DNA of 64,000 nt from Bispira polyomma. Lineage: Eukaryota. The translations under genes were made by a program, and so were the position numbers. Of the stretch, positions 50,815 through 64,000 are shown piece by piece (position 1 is the stretch's first letter; each line of letters opens with the position of its first letter). The notes under the pieces are model-generated. The model searched no databases, was not told the origin of the DNA, and was given only the letters and a program-made list of their open reading frames with translations. Where the stretch lies: NCBI GenBank assembly GCA_965649765.1, contig OZ287755.1, positions 36,456,001 to 36,520,000 on the forward strand, given 5' to 3'.

Positions 50815-53800
50815 AACAGGTTTTTAATGCAAAGAAAAAAAAGAATATAAAACAAATTGTTGCTCAAAAAATATGATTGAACATTAGTTACAGTGTATAA
50901 CACAGTGCAGTACTGGATTATAATTACTACAATATTAATAGGGTATAATAAATAGCATATTGACATTACGACAAATTATATAATTTACACTGTGGCCTTA
51001 AAACAGTCGTAGAAAGGTTAGAAATTACAAATGTTTTATTAAATAGTGCATGTAAGTATTCCATTCATATTTGACTGTTAGTTATAAAATGTCCATTTCA
51101 ATGACAGTAAAGTTGACTCTGTGAGAGAATTTCTGGGATGCATTTAAGTGCATGTGGGTATTAGACACAGATAACACTTTATTGTAATTCATTTGTAAAC
51201 TTAAAAATATGTTCTGTTATCTGTACAAGATATTATTTGAGAAGGTTTCTGATGTGATAATTGTAGATTTCATTTATATTTCAACAAAGCATATCATCCA
51301 GACATTCCAACATGGCATATAGCTGAGATAACCTCCAACTTTTATTCTGTAACTTCAGCAGCTGTGCGAGTCCTGTGTACATAGGGAAGCAGCTATTGTA
51401 ATTTACTTGCATGTTAGTGTTTCCACGTCTCTTACTACACATCAAGTTAGTTTTATCAGTATTTAGTGAGTAAAGAGATGACTTTCAATCCAGTAAAGAG
51501 ATGACTTTAGAAAATTCTGTGAAAGATTTTTACATTTTAAGGAACTGTTAAAAGGTCACCAGATCAGCTTTAACGGTCAGCAATAAATATAATGTAAATT
51601 AATAGTGATGGACCACAAAGTTATCCTTAATGTGGTATATTAGGGCTTTGCTTGTATAGATGTAACTCTCTGACCTTCTATCTCTGCAGTCATGGGTTCT
51701 GCCAACTACCCGTCCTGTTTTTGTTCCCCCATCACAAAGTATAATAATAATAGAACACTCAGTTGTGTCATATTAGTGGTATGGAATGCTACAAATACAT
51801 TAACTATATAGAGTGGTGACAAATGCATTATTTGTACTAAGAGCACAGATGGTTGATGCTAAGCAGTGTTGACATGACGTATGATGATGTTTGTATGCAA
51901 GCCAATATATTTTATCAGCTCTGATGTAACAAGAATCTAATGACTTATATTTAAATTGTCCCATACTATCTTGTATACATTGACTAATTTGTTGTTGCAT
52001 ATATAGAGTATAAGCAATATTTGTATGTCTTGTTTCAACATATATCAGTCAAAAAGTAAAAATTAACAGGTAAAAATGAATAGTGTATTACTGGGACTTT
52101 AATTGGAATTAACTTAATTTGTTTTATCAAATGAGTGCAAATTAGCTTCCCAACTGGAAAGTGAAAAATCTAATATTTTAACAAAAACTAACTAACAGTG
52201 ACAATTTATTTCACTGAATTTCACAGAAATCGAAACATGTTCTACTTATAAAGTATATATTTTAACTTGTTTTTTTTTTTTGCTATAGATTAATTGTTAT
52301 TGTAGAAATGTTGTACAAATGTTATCATATAATGTATCAGATTGCATATAGCATTTGGAAAACAAACTGTCCTGTAATTTTAGGAATTACTAGATTACTA
52401 CCCAAAATAGCACTTACAAAGGGATAATAACGGGTTATAATCAGTGATATATAATTAAGTATTGTAGGCGTCGTTTGTCATTATGGACATTACTTTTAAG
52501 AGTAGGCTATGATTTCTGTGTATGTATCAAGGGCCTTATATTTACTAATCTTCTTAGACTGTCATTTATCAGAATTTTCTTAGTGTATTCAGTCTCTTTG
52601 ACTAACCAATCAAAATTTCTTGATACAAAAATGTAACAGTAAGAGTCTTTGTAAAAACCAGCCCAGTTCAGACTACTATTCTATCCCGCTTTTCTACACC
52701 GGTAAAATCTGCCTTCAAATTTTAAAAATATAAAAGCAAGTTCAAATTATTGTTGTGTAAACTTAAAAACATGTCAAATTGTCATCGCCGTTATGTGCAA
52801 CAAGAAGTTATTATAAGGAGTAACATATGGTTAAATATTGTACGTGTTACTTGTGTTATTATGGACCATGATTTATGTGTATTAGTAGTATAAGAATCAG
52901 TATAGTTGTGATGATGATGATGATGATGATGATAACAAGATTACTGGTCAAATGATGGTTCACACTGGTGTTCCATCAAGGTATGATGGTGTTTGTCCAG
53001 GCAGGAAGACCAAATCATCTGTCCCTATTTAGCGAGATTCCTTCCTGGTATTTTGACGGCTGAATCATGAAAAGGGACAAGATGGATACCATTACCAAAA
53101 CGTTTTAAATTTAGTGTGACGTAAAATGGCCGACAGAGTTGTGCCAATGTTTGTTTGTAGTTTTTATGTTATCTTAATTGATATGTACCATGTCAGCATG
53201 AAATAACACAAAATCGGCTACTATATCATATATAAGAAATAAGGTTATGTATTTACTTCAACCAGATTCTGTCTCTATATATGCCGATTTTGATTTAAAA
53301 CGTTTTGCTTATGGTAGCAATTACTATCCATCAGTTTAAAAAGCCGCCCTTGGCAGCAGAAAACTTAGTCTACCAGGCAGGCTAAAACATTCATAGTAAA
53401 CTCTGATGTTGCAAAGAGTTGTAAAGAACTATACTTTCAATTATAAAAAATAGCTTGTAACCAGTGCTATATAGTTTAATATTGTATGTGTTGATGAGAA
53501 AAAGTAATCTACAAGGAATGTACCATATGGAACAGATAAATCAGTGTGTCCTGTTGTAAAACATGTTGTCAGCCAATGGATGAATGATTAAATTAGCACA
53601 AATTTACCATACATCACTCAGTGAATTTAATGTAAAGTATGGAGAATGTAATACAGTAAAAAATATGAGGCCGAAAAGAGATTTTAATGCAATAATTGTT
53701 ATATAAAAATAATGGGCAATTTTGCAGTAACATATTCTCCTCTTCATCCACTTCTTAACGGTTTGGCTTTTAAATTGATAGTTATGTTTTATAATCAATA

Positions 53801-54689
53801 ACATTTTGGCAGTGACAGTGTTCATATCAATATTGAATAAAATTGTTGTACGAGTCAATGTATCTTATATTGCCTAATACAGTTTAGTTTCAGTTGGAGA
53901 ATTGTATTTCCACCCTATTAAAATTGTTGGCTTCTCCAGACAATACATTCAGAAGTGACTTATCGCAAAACAGTGAAACATTGATAAATTTATTATATAC
54001 CACCACTTGAGTCGTCAAGGTGAAAAATACTTACTTGATTGCTTCAACCTTTTTTTCTCAAATTTGATCTAATCATAATATCATCATTATCCTTGATCCT
54101 GAATATGGCCCAAGACTGGATCAACATCAGGTAAACTCTGAGCCGAATTACTCAGCTGATCTTTTAAATCAATTTCACAATGCAATTATGCAACTGGACC
54201 AAGTCTGAATTAAATTTCAAGAACATGAAACTCCACATATAAAAGCAGCTTTTAGTTCAAGTATATTGACTGTAAATTAGTTTAAATTTCATGTTTGTCA
54301 GTATGTTGATATTTTAAATACATATAAATTAACCAGATCCATAAGAGGTTTTATATGTGAGAATGGTGCACATTGAAATTTGATAATAATACTAGATTAT
54401 ATTTACTCTGACCAATTTCCAATGTGTTCGATTCGAGTCTAGTTTGAGCCCTTCAGCACTCAAGTTTACAACCCCAACAAGAGACTTTTTGCAGAATGTT
54501 CTTTCATCATGAACGTAAAAGTTATAAAACATGTAAACAACAGAAACAACTTGGCTCTGCTGTAAACTTCTAAAGAGGCTTGTTACTGCTGGGATTCTAT
54601 CCTTGGTTGTCATTGATCTTGAGATTAACAGTACACTAACAGTTGACCTAAAGGGGAAAACCTGGTAGCTCGAGTGTTTAATGCTCAGA

Positions 54690-56608
54690 TAAACACGGAT
54701 ATTACACCATTAAATTACCGTGGCATAAGTCTTCTTTCATGTATTGCAAAAGTTTATAGTGGTTTTCTTAACAATAGAATTGTTAAGTTTTTGGATGATA
54801 CTAATACTATTGTTGAGGAACAAAATGGGTTTAGGCATGGACGATCATGTGAAGAACACATTTCCACATTAACATCTATAATTAAGAACAGAATGAATGA
54901 TAATACAGACACATTTGTATGTTTTATTGACATGAGTAAAGCCTTTGACTGGGTGGATAGAAATTTATTATTTTATAAACTGCTAAAGTGTAATATCACT
55001 GGAAAAATATACAATGCTGTTAAGTCCTTATACGCCAACACAACATCCTGCATTAAATTAAATAATTATCTATCAAATTGGTTTGTTACTGATAGTGGGG
55101 TTCGACAAGGTGATACCCTATCACCTACACTGTTTGGTATATTTGTAAATGATTTGGCAGTAGAATTAAACAAGCTGAACCTCGGTATTAAAGTAGGAAA
55201 TGTTAATATATCGGTACTTTTATATGCAGATGATATTGCAGTCATAGCAGACAATGAAATATGTCTTCAAGAAATGTTAAACCTTATATATACATGATGT
55301 GATAAATGGAAATTAAGTATAAATACCTCAAAAAACTGAAATTGTTCACTTTAGGAAAACAAGAAAAAGGCCAACAAAGAATAAATTTGTCATAGGTAAA
55401 AATCATATAGAAGTAGTTAACTGTTATAAATACTTAGGTGTTTTACTGGATGACCATCTGAACTTCAAAAAGTGTGAACAAATTATGTCTGAAGCAGCTG
55501 GAAGAGCATTTGGTGGAATTGTGTCTAAGATAAAACAAATTAAATATGTGGGTTTCAATGTATTTGAAAAATTATGCGAGACGTGTTTTCCCAATAACGA
55601 ATTACAACTCAGCAGTGTGGAGTTATTGTGATGATAAATATGGTAACAAGCTACAATTACGTATAATGAGATATTATTTTGGTGTTCATAATAAGGCCCC
55701 AATACCTACTATTATGGGTGAGGCTGCATGGATTCCAATCAAGTATCAAAGATATTTAAGTATCAAAGATATTCAAATATGTGTCGTTTTTGGAATCACT
55801 TAATACAGTTAGATAACAATAGAATTCCAAAACAATTGTTATTATATGAAATGCAATGTGACAAGTCTACCTGTTTCAATTGGGTGTGCAAATTTAGAAA
55901 TATAATGTCTCTATTTGGAATTAATGATATTACTCAAGATACTAAGTTAGATATAAATCATATAAAAGGTCAAATAAAAGACCATATTGAATCTACATGG
56001 AGAGTTAACTTAAGCTGTAAGCCTAAATTAAGAGTTTACAAGAAATTTAAATGCAATTTTGAGATTGAAAATTACGTAAAATGGAATATGTCAAAATATC
56101 AAAGAAGTTTAACTGCCCAATTACGTACCGATATTACCGCTTGCTATTGAAACCGGTAGATATACAAATACTCCTGTTAAAGACAGAAAATGTTTCTCGG
56201 GTAAAGATAAAGTAGAAGATGAATATCATTTTGTTTGTGAATGTGACTTATACTCCATGCAAAGATTACAGTTGTACCAAGTATTGCAAAAAGAAATAAA
56301 TGATTTCAGTTTAATTTCAGAAGAAGAAAGATTTATAAAAATTATGCAACTAAATTCTAGACCTCTACATATCTATATTGAAAAAGCATGGAATATAAGA
56401 AAAGCTGAAGTTTATTCCTAAAAGTAATTAATGATTATATTTACTCTGTGTTATGCATATCACCACACATTATTGATTGTATTAGTTTAAAGTGACTTAT
56501 AAGCTCTCTGGTGGGCTGGGTGTATTGTATCTGTTCTACATTTATTGTATGTTGTTTTGGTTCATACACATGTCACTATAATAAATAAATTGAATTGAAT
56601 TGAATTGA
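54690..56608 (+). mobile_element. 5'-truncated RTE-X-like LINE (RT plus C-terminal Zn motif), degenerate
   Basis: NYRGISLLS, EEQNGFR, DMSKAFD, GVRQGDTLSP, LLYADD, IETGRY...EDEYHF and a (TGAAT)n tail. Confidence 0.9.
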
Positions 56609-57258
56609 TAATAATTTCTCACCACCATAACGTTATAATTAGGCAATCTTTTAAAATCTGTTACCACTAGCACCAACAACATTTTAAGGGAAACCTATGT
56701 ATGGTAATATAATATGTTGTGCACAAATTCTGTATTACATGAATTCAATATCACATGAATGTTATGCCATTTATGGGACAATTATAATAATCTATTAAGA
56801 TAATGGAGTTAAGTAACTGTTCAAGATGTTCATGCAACATTTGATTGTGGTCAATGGGAAATAGGTACGCATCATTTAATCCTTTTGACTCCAAGAAAAA
56901 ACTATCGCCGGGAACTAAAGGAAACTAAATTTTTGCTGGTGAGAGGTTACACATAGCTGGAATCACTACAACACACACTACCGACTACTTCTGGCATTTA
57001 ATAACGACCTCACTTATAATTTTGATAGATGGAAAAGTCTGGCACTAACGATTTCCTAGTCAAAACGGCGCCCCCTCTAGGCGCCTAGTATCGAAAATGG
57101 CGCGTACCACAGCCACTAGAAATTTGTTTGCATTACTGGATCGTTTTTTTTTAAGTTAAATTAGTCTAGCAAAACAAATGGATATTGCAGGTTTCCTAGT
57201 TTTGGTCATTACGTAGACAGTTTTGACAAAATGTGACTGTTGACCCTCAGGAGGTGGG

Positions 57259-57795
57259 TGCAGTATAGCCAAAATAGACTGTGATAGCTTAAGTAAAGAC
57301 AGTCTGTATATGCGCAATGTGCTTCTGACGGAGGCGACCTTCATTAGAAGTTTTGTGAATGTTGCTAAGCTGCTGAAAACTTACGTAAACCTACAAACAA
57401 TCACTTTCACCAACTGCATAGTGATTAATTGCCCAGCTGATGTTGGAGTGAAGATAATTGGCGACTGTAAGCATGATGCTCAGAAAACACCGATAACTGA
57501 TATGGGTATCCAAGTATTTGATGCGCAAGGCGATGGCGGTGATAAGGACAATCATGAAAAATTAGAATTGATTGTATCAATTAGAAATTTGAACAAAGGG
57601 GTGGATAACAATTGGAATTACCCTGACGGGATATGCGGCTGTGGCTGGCTTGTAGATTGTAGTTTTTATTGATAATTACTCTGGATATTTATGTTTTTCA
57701 TGTACAGGTATTTTCTAAAGCTGTATTGTAGTTGTTTTTTACTATTGAGATAGTCGGAGAGTAATTTAAAGTAATTTTAATAAAGTAGAGCTTTG

Positions 57796-57800
<5 letters not shown>
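57259..57800 (+). mobile_element. Possible solo/3' LTR relic
   Basis: Purine-rich AGGAGGTGGG followed by TG, and AATAAA near the end. No partner LTR in the window. Confidence 0.3.

Positions 57801-57841
<41 letters not shown>
57800..57841. repeat. (TA)n microsatellite
   Basis: Seen directly in the sequence. Confidence 0.95.
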
Positions 57842-57843
<2 letters not shown>

Positions 57844-59340
57844 TAGGTTGTAGTTATTATTGATAGTTACATTGTATTTTACACCGTCTTTTTTCATTTT
57901 TTTGTCGTTTATTGTGAGGTTGTTTTGTTTAAATGACATTCCATGTATTAGGTAGCATTATACAATATACTGATCGAATTGAAAGATGTTTTTACAATGA
58001 AGAAGTTTGTTATAGTTAGCTCTTTAGATTTTCTCTCCATCTGTTTTATAACTTCAGGATGTCCATTTACACCCCTCACCAATGCCCATGCTAGGATTAA
58101 ATCCACGTTAGGTTGGGTTTGCAGTTGTTCCTTCTCCAGTGCAGTAAGTGGAGGATAGTTAGAAGCCATATCTGCATTGAAAATCAAATATACTCTTTAC
58201 CAATTGGTTAGCTCAAATATTTAGAGTGGGGTATGTACATAAGGCACTCGTATAAGTCTTTACAAAGTTGCATGAGCCCATTATGGTTCTGTCACTCTGA
58301 TTAATGTCTATTACATGTATTAGGTTTAAATATTTCTTACAATTAGTCCTTTACTATAGCAAGTTATTTCTTATGTGAACACTTGCTTGTTATATATATA
58401 TGTATATATATATATATATAAATATATAACTGTATAGTATCCTAAAACGATAGCTCTAGCAAAGAAACAAGAATCCAGAAAATCTTTAACAGCCATTCCT
58501 TAATGAATACTGCCTTGACTGAAATGTAATTTTATTCCAAAATGAATGTTAATGCTAGTTTGACAGGTGTTCATACAGACATTTTGATTGGTAACTATCA
58601 CAATATTTTCAAGCTTTCTCATTGACCTAAGACTAGGACTACTGCTTCTTATTTCATTCCTTTGAGAAGAAAGCTCATTGGTCTGTGGTTATACTAAGGT
58701 TTATTGATCATTTTAGAGCAAATGGAAATGGCCGATTGAGAGCTTCTATGCTGACCTATTTTCATTAAATTTGTCATAGTAGGGTAGTAACATAGTGGTG
58801 TAGTGACCTGGTTTATACAGGGAACAATCTTGAGCAACTAGTACGCAGTCCACCACCTCGGACACCCCCACCCCCCATACAAAGTGCACTGGTAAGGGAC
58901 TTAACTCAAATCACATGGGTACTGGGTTCTAATGTCATGGGGGTAGTGTTTTAGAGACTAGATTCTTGAGTATCTGGAGTGATTTGTTTTTTCAAGGTCC
59001 ATGTAAATTAGACTTTGGATCAGAACCATTCAAATTAATTAACTACATTGGAAAGTCTTATCAAAAGATCTTGGTAGAGAAACAAAAATAATAGCTGGTT
59101 GGATAATAAAGGTTCTACTGCATATATTAGGTCAAAGTATATTTCCTATTTCTGCGTTATAAGTAGTGTTTTTTATATATAAGCAGAAATTAAAAGTCTT
59201 ACAGCAAATGGTCTTGTTGCTCACCAGGCTCAAGATTGAAAAAATGCCATGCCATTTATTAGGTACCAAACATTTTGGGAGAGAAAGAAAATGTGGTCGG
59301 ATAATAGAGGTTCTACTGTATATGTTAGGTCAAAGTATAG

Positions 59341-60664
59341 TTTGAGGAGCTGAAACAGGAAGTGATTTCCCTAAATCATGATTTACCTTTATCAGGGCAT
59401 ATGGGGATTACTAAAACTATAGCTCGGACTAAACAGTCATTTATGTGGTATAACATGAAGAAAGATGTGGAATTATTTGTCAAGTCTTGTGCAGGGTGTA
59501 ATAAAAATAAGAAAGCTTCAGTAAAAGCTAAACCAAATTTAGGTCAATTTCATGCAGGCTCACCATTAGAGATAGTACACATTGATATATTGGGTCCATT
59601 TACACCGAGTGCAAAGGGAAACCAGTATGCACTGATGATAGTGGATCAATTTACTAAGTGGTTGGAATGTTTTCCTCTCCCACATCAGTCAGCGGAAGAG
59701 GTAGCAAGGTGTGTAATCGATGGATTTATTGCTAGATTGGGATATCCACTAGAGATACACACTGATCAAGGTAGAAACTTTGATGGTAATCTCTTTGCTT
59801 CTGTTTGTGAGTTGTTGCATATCGTCAAGAAAAGGACAACACCATATCGACCGTGCTCGAATGGTTAGGTAGAGAGGTATAACCGGACACTGTTGCAGTT
59901 AATAAGATGTTTCTTGTAAGGTAATCAACAGACCTGGGACGAACACTTGCAGCAGTTGGCTGGGGCAATAAGATCCACAGTTAATAGAAACATTGGTTTT
60001 ACTCCAAACTTGTTGATGTTAGGCTGTGAGGTGATCTTGTCGGTTAATTTAATGCTTGGTAAAATTGATGAATGCAATAAGCAGACCCCCGCAGGGTATG
60101 TTTCCAAGTTAAAATCAATTCTTTGTAATGTAGATACTCTAGCATGAGAAACCCTGGGATCTGCACAAGTTTAACAGAAGAAGGACTACGATTTACGTCT
60201 CAGAGAGAACACTTATGAAGTAGGTGATTTAGTCTACATGCTATATTCAGCCAGAAAAATCGCTCAGAGCAGTAAATTGCAACAAATCTGGAATGGTCCT
60301 TTCATTGTGACAAAGGTGTTAACACCAATCCTTTTTGAAGTGACGGGAAGGAAAAAACCACTTGTACATCATGACAGGATAAAACCCTGTTGTGATCGCA
60401 GCGTACCGATATGGTTGCGAGGTAAGAGAAATCTGGTGTTGAGTAATCAAACTATAGGCTATGAGGACACCGAAAGTTCATGCGAGTATGAAGACTGAAA
60501 TCTTGATCAATTATTTTATTGATCGGCCAAAAGCTGAAATCGAGGTCAACTTGAACCCTGTGGTTTCGAAAGATGAAGGTAAGAGTGAAGCAATTAAGCC
60601 ATCAACTACAAGAGTCGGCCGTGAGAGTAAAAGGCCGAGACATTTGGCAGATTACTATAGTTAA
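59341..60664 (+). pseudogene. Gypsy integrase (stops/frameshift)
   Basis: HDLPLSGH...CAGC, VHIDILGP, HTDQGRNF, NG*VERYN, WNGPF. Confidence 0.92.
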
Positions 60665-60770
60665 GACTGTTAGTTAAGTGCATGCGTTTTGGAAAAAGGT
60701 TTGGAGGCTACTAATCAATTCTAGCTCCTTTGTATTAAACTGATATGGGTTATTTGCTTCTCCTTTGCAG

Positions 60771-63198
60771 ATGGACAGGGGTAGGTCATCCTACCGTGGC
60801 AGGGGATCCCGAGGTAGGGATGAAAATCCGGACAGAAGGTCTGGATACAGAGGCAGTAGAAGTCCTTCAACCGATTTCTACAGGGGTGACCAGTATAGGC
60901 GAGACAAAGATAGAGGTCAGCCAAGGGATTTCTATGGTCGTAGAGACGGGCCATATTACTATGACAGAAGACGAAGGTCTCACCCATGAGCGAAGAAGTC
61001 AAGACACTGATTTCTACGCATGTTATCAATATACAAGAGATTACGACCAAAGTATCACCAGGGATGAGGATGAATCCGTCATCATTACATTGATGGATAT
61101 TTACAGTGAGTTGAGAGTGGAAGTAATTAGGGCCAATGTTGATCACCCTGAGAATAGAAGACGGCCTTTTGATAAGGGAATCCTGCTTCAAAGGTGTTTA
61201 GAGGATCTGAGGGGTCTAACAACCGGCGAAGAACTGAAAGGGCCAGACCCTCTGCTACCGCAGGAATACCTCCACAGGAGTCAGCCTCTAGTGGAGCTAG
61301 TCGCACAGGAGAATCTTCACGGGAGACAACCTGTAGTGGAGTACGTCACACAGGAGAATCTTCACAAGAGATAACCTCTAGTGGAGCTCACCGTTCAGCA
61401 TGTAGACCCTCTGCTACCGCAGGAGCACCTCCGCGTGAGGTCACCTTTAGCGAAGCACAGCACGCATCAGGAGTTGTTACCACCACACGGGTTTCCCTTG
61501 ACAAGGGAAGTAAGGACACCACTCGGAGCGTGAGGGGTAGGTCACCGAAGTTATTCTCTGGTGTTAAAGCTAGCTCGCAAAAGATGACAAAGGAGGCACC
61601 TTAACAGGGAGTCTCGCAGAGTCCGGAAAGGAAAAAGAAGGAACATTATGAGTGTGTGGAGGTTACTTACAAGGCTACGCAGTAAGCGAAGTATATATCC
61701 TCTTGAGACTATGACAAGAGAATCGCGAGGCATTCAGAATCTAGGGAATCTAGGAGTCATGCATTCGCTTCAAGGAGAGAAACAGGAGTGGCACAAACCA
61801 AATCTACTGTTGCTTCTGCTGGGGTAAGTCGTAAACAAAGTCAGGAATCCGGATCTGGACAGAGCACAGCGGTGGTTCGAACCCATGCTGTTCCTGTGAA
61901 GGCAACTGGAAAAGGGAAAAGGGCAACACCTAATACCACCTGTTTCATGAAGGGTTGCCGGGTCATGAACAGACACATGAAGAAGCATGTTGTGAGGAGG
62001 CACGTTCCGACAGAGGCCTATAGCAAGACCGGGGATTTACCACCATGTTGGAAGATTTGCTGATGAGAATCGCAAGTTACCTGGGGTGTAGGAATCTGAA
62101 GGAGTTGCTGCAGAAAGTGATGTTGCTGAACTTTTATCCGTCGCCTCTCAGGACGTACAAGATATCCGAAGCTGATGTTGAGTTGATGAACCAATTCAAC
62201 ATATGGTTACATTCGGAAGGGCTTCAAGAAACACCGACTATAAGACCACCAAATATGATAGCCTCTCTGGTACAGTGGCGTGCGTTAGCGCATCTAATCA
62301 ATTGTACAGGAGAGAACAGGTTCAGCGCAAAGGACATCAAGCCGAAGAAGATAGTTGTTACCTGTGCTGAGGGAGGGAGTGAAAAAGGTGAACCCGAGGT
62401 AGAGATCCAGTTGGCAAGCAGTGAAAACACTCAGAGTCTGAGTGATGAATCCAAACTTGATAGTTCTCCAGAAAGACAGAGCAGTGCCTCGATGTGCAAA
62501 CAGAACTTTAGATCGACATCCGACGTGTTAAAAACATTGAAGTGGATAAAGAAGAGGGTGAGGTTGTGGACAGTTTGTCACCAGAAAGGCAAGAGGTGAT
62601 ATCAAAGAGGGAAGAAGAGGAAATGGAAGTGGAAGTAAGGACGCCCGAGGGAGAGCGAAAGGAAGTAGAGATAAAGACGCCCGAGGAAGAGCCAAAGGAA
62701 ATAGGGGCGCAGGCAGATGAGCCTCAGGAAGTTGTAATGGAAAAGCCATCAGAGGAACAGTCAGAAGAGCCAGCCTTTTCTACTGCTTCCCAGGAAGAGG
62801 CCTCTGGGGAAACGAACTTAACTGAAGTTAGTCAACCACCCAAGACTGAGCCGGTGGTGAAACCCAAAGTGTTAAAACTGAGACCAGCAGCTTTGGGAGT
62901 ACCATACCTTCCGGAAGAGCGTGAAATAAGATTGGTCCGATTGGTGAGAAATTCACAGAAGATATCTTTTGTGGGTTCACATTTCCACCACAATCGTCTT
63001 CAGCAAAAGAATGGGTATGAGGATCTGGATGAAATATTGGCCCAAGGGCCGATACCGCAAACCCCTATGAAGCTGGAAGCTGCAGTGGCCAATTTTATAG
63101 ACGAAGTGCCGGCCAGGAGAGTAAGACAAGCTCTGTCCAAAGATTCAAGACTGTTTTTTACCTTCGGGGTGCATCCCAAACGGGTGCACAGGGGGTGA
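60771..63198 (+). pseudogene. Extra ORF of the Gypsy element: Arg/Ser-rich N-terminus, C2H2-like finger, Glu-rich linker, TatD-like N-terminal half (frameshifted)
   Basis: Polypyrimidine TGCAG|ATG start, CFMKGC...HVVRRH, and FVGSHFH...VANF...FFTFGVHP. Confidence 0.7.
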
Positions 63199-63200
63199 CC

Positions 63201-63310
63201 AGCAGGTTTACCACTTGCTGGGATATTCCGAGGAAGGGGCATTTAAGCAGGTTTACCACTTGCTGGGACACTTCATAGAAAAGAGGTTTTAGCAGGTTCA
63301 CCACTTGCTG
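63201..63310 (+). repeat. Three 20-bp hairpin repeats at 45-bp period
   Basis: AGCAGGTT(T/C)ACCACTTGCTG at 63201, 63246 and 63291. Confidence 0.9.
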
Positions 63311-63421
63311 AAATAGTGTGCTCGAAGGATAAGCAGATTGAAACACCTGCTCCCAGTAATTTGAAGTAAGGGTATTAAACTCCTTTACCATAGGATCGAA
63401 TCCTTTGTTGACAGGGAAGAG

Positions 63422-63742
63422 TGTGGTGATCTTCGGATTACGAGGAACTCGATCTTGACAAGGAAAACTCTCGCTTTGGCTGTAGAAGGTGAAGGTCGCC
63501 GGAAAGCTGCGCAGTACGGCAGATCGTGAATTGACAGCCATGTTGAAGGACATAATTTATAGAACCGGGAGTTTTGAATAGTGAACTGTGAGAGATATCT
63601 AGGCAGATATAAAGACAGTATATTAAGAAGATATATACATTAGTGTGTTGCTGTATCACGAAGATAGTTGGTGTACAGTTACACCGGAAGACCAAAGTGG
63701 ACTGCTGGAGTTCATATAACAGTAAGTTCACTTCAATATACA
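63422..63742 (+). repeat. Putative 3' LTR
   Basis: Starts TGT right after the PPT and ends ATACA. No second LTR is available to confirm. Confidence 0.6.
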
Positions 63743-63747
63743 AGGAC

Positions 63748-64000
63748 TACCTGTGAAATAAATTCCCAAGACTATATGTCAGCTCTAAAGGCAAAAATGT
63801 ATCAGATTGGACCGGTAAAATAAATTCATCTACATATATGCATGGTATTTGCATTGGAAAGATAGATGTTTTAATTGTGGAAAATACAAATTTTACCTGT
63901 AAAATAATTAAGTTCCCCAGAGTATATGTCAGCTCTATAGGTGAAAATGTGTCAAATTTGACCTGTGAAATAAATTCCTCTACATATATGCATGGTGTTT
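63748..64000. repeat. Tandem satellite-like repeat (~147-bp period with internal subrepeat)
   Basis: ACCTGT(G/A)AAATAA...TATATGTCAGCTCTA and TCTACATATATGCATGGT recur. Confidence 0.75.

Larger units (their letters stand above)
59341..63742 (+). mobile_element. 5'-truncated Gypsy LTR retrotransposon (integrase, extra ORF, PPT, 3' LTR)
   Basis: HHCC plus DDE integrase with GPF motif, PPT AGGGAAGAG (63413-63421), then a TGT...ACA segment 63422-63742. Confidence 0.85.

Noticed and set aside
57310-57672. 120-aa ORF as a host gene
   Set aside because: No motifs or clear splice context; it lies in a possible LTR relic.
63201-63310. CRISPR array with adjacent nuclease
   Set aside because: Only three units, the spacers resemble each other, and it lies inside an LTR element.

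Overview
AT-rich, intron-containing animal genomic DNA, most likely an invertebrate (lophotrochozoan-like repeat content; this is inference). It is dominated by nested transposable elements. The centrepiece is a young, structurally complete Ngaro-type tyrosine-recombinase (YR) retrotransposon (29273-36018, minus strand) with split direct repeats A1...B1-A2-spacer-B2. It is inserted without a duplication into an older YR element, and several more YR relics lie nearby. Its YR ORF has no ATG but starts at a splice acceptor placed immediately after the RT/RNase H stop, in phase with GT donors in gag, which suggests a spliced Gag-YR fusion. Other elements are a full-length I/Nimb-clade LINE with a 13-bp TSD and a structured 5' terminus, inserted into an L2/CR1-type LINE with a 2A-like motif; RTE-X-like and L1/Tx1-like relics; tRNA-derived SINEs; MITEs; and a 5'-truncated Gypsy element. 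The Gypsy element carries, between integrase and the 3' LTR, a splice-acceptor-led extra ORF ending in a TatD-like domain. Host genes are a spliced metal-dependent cyclase/kynurenine-formamidase-family gene (minus), a class A GPCR with an uninterrupted CDS (plus), and two in-phase exons of an LRAT/NC-domain pseudogene missed by the ORF track. No rRNA, true tRNA or CRISPR array was found. All alignments were done by eye.
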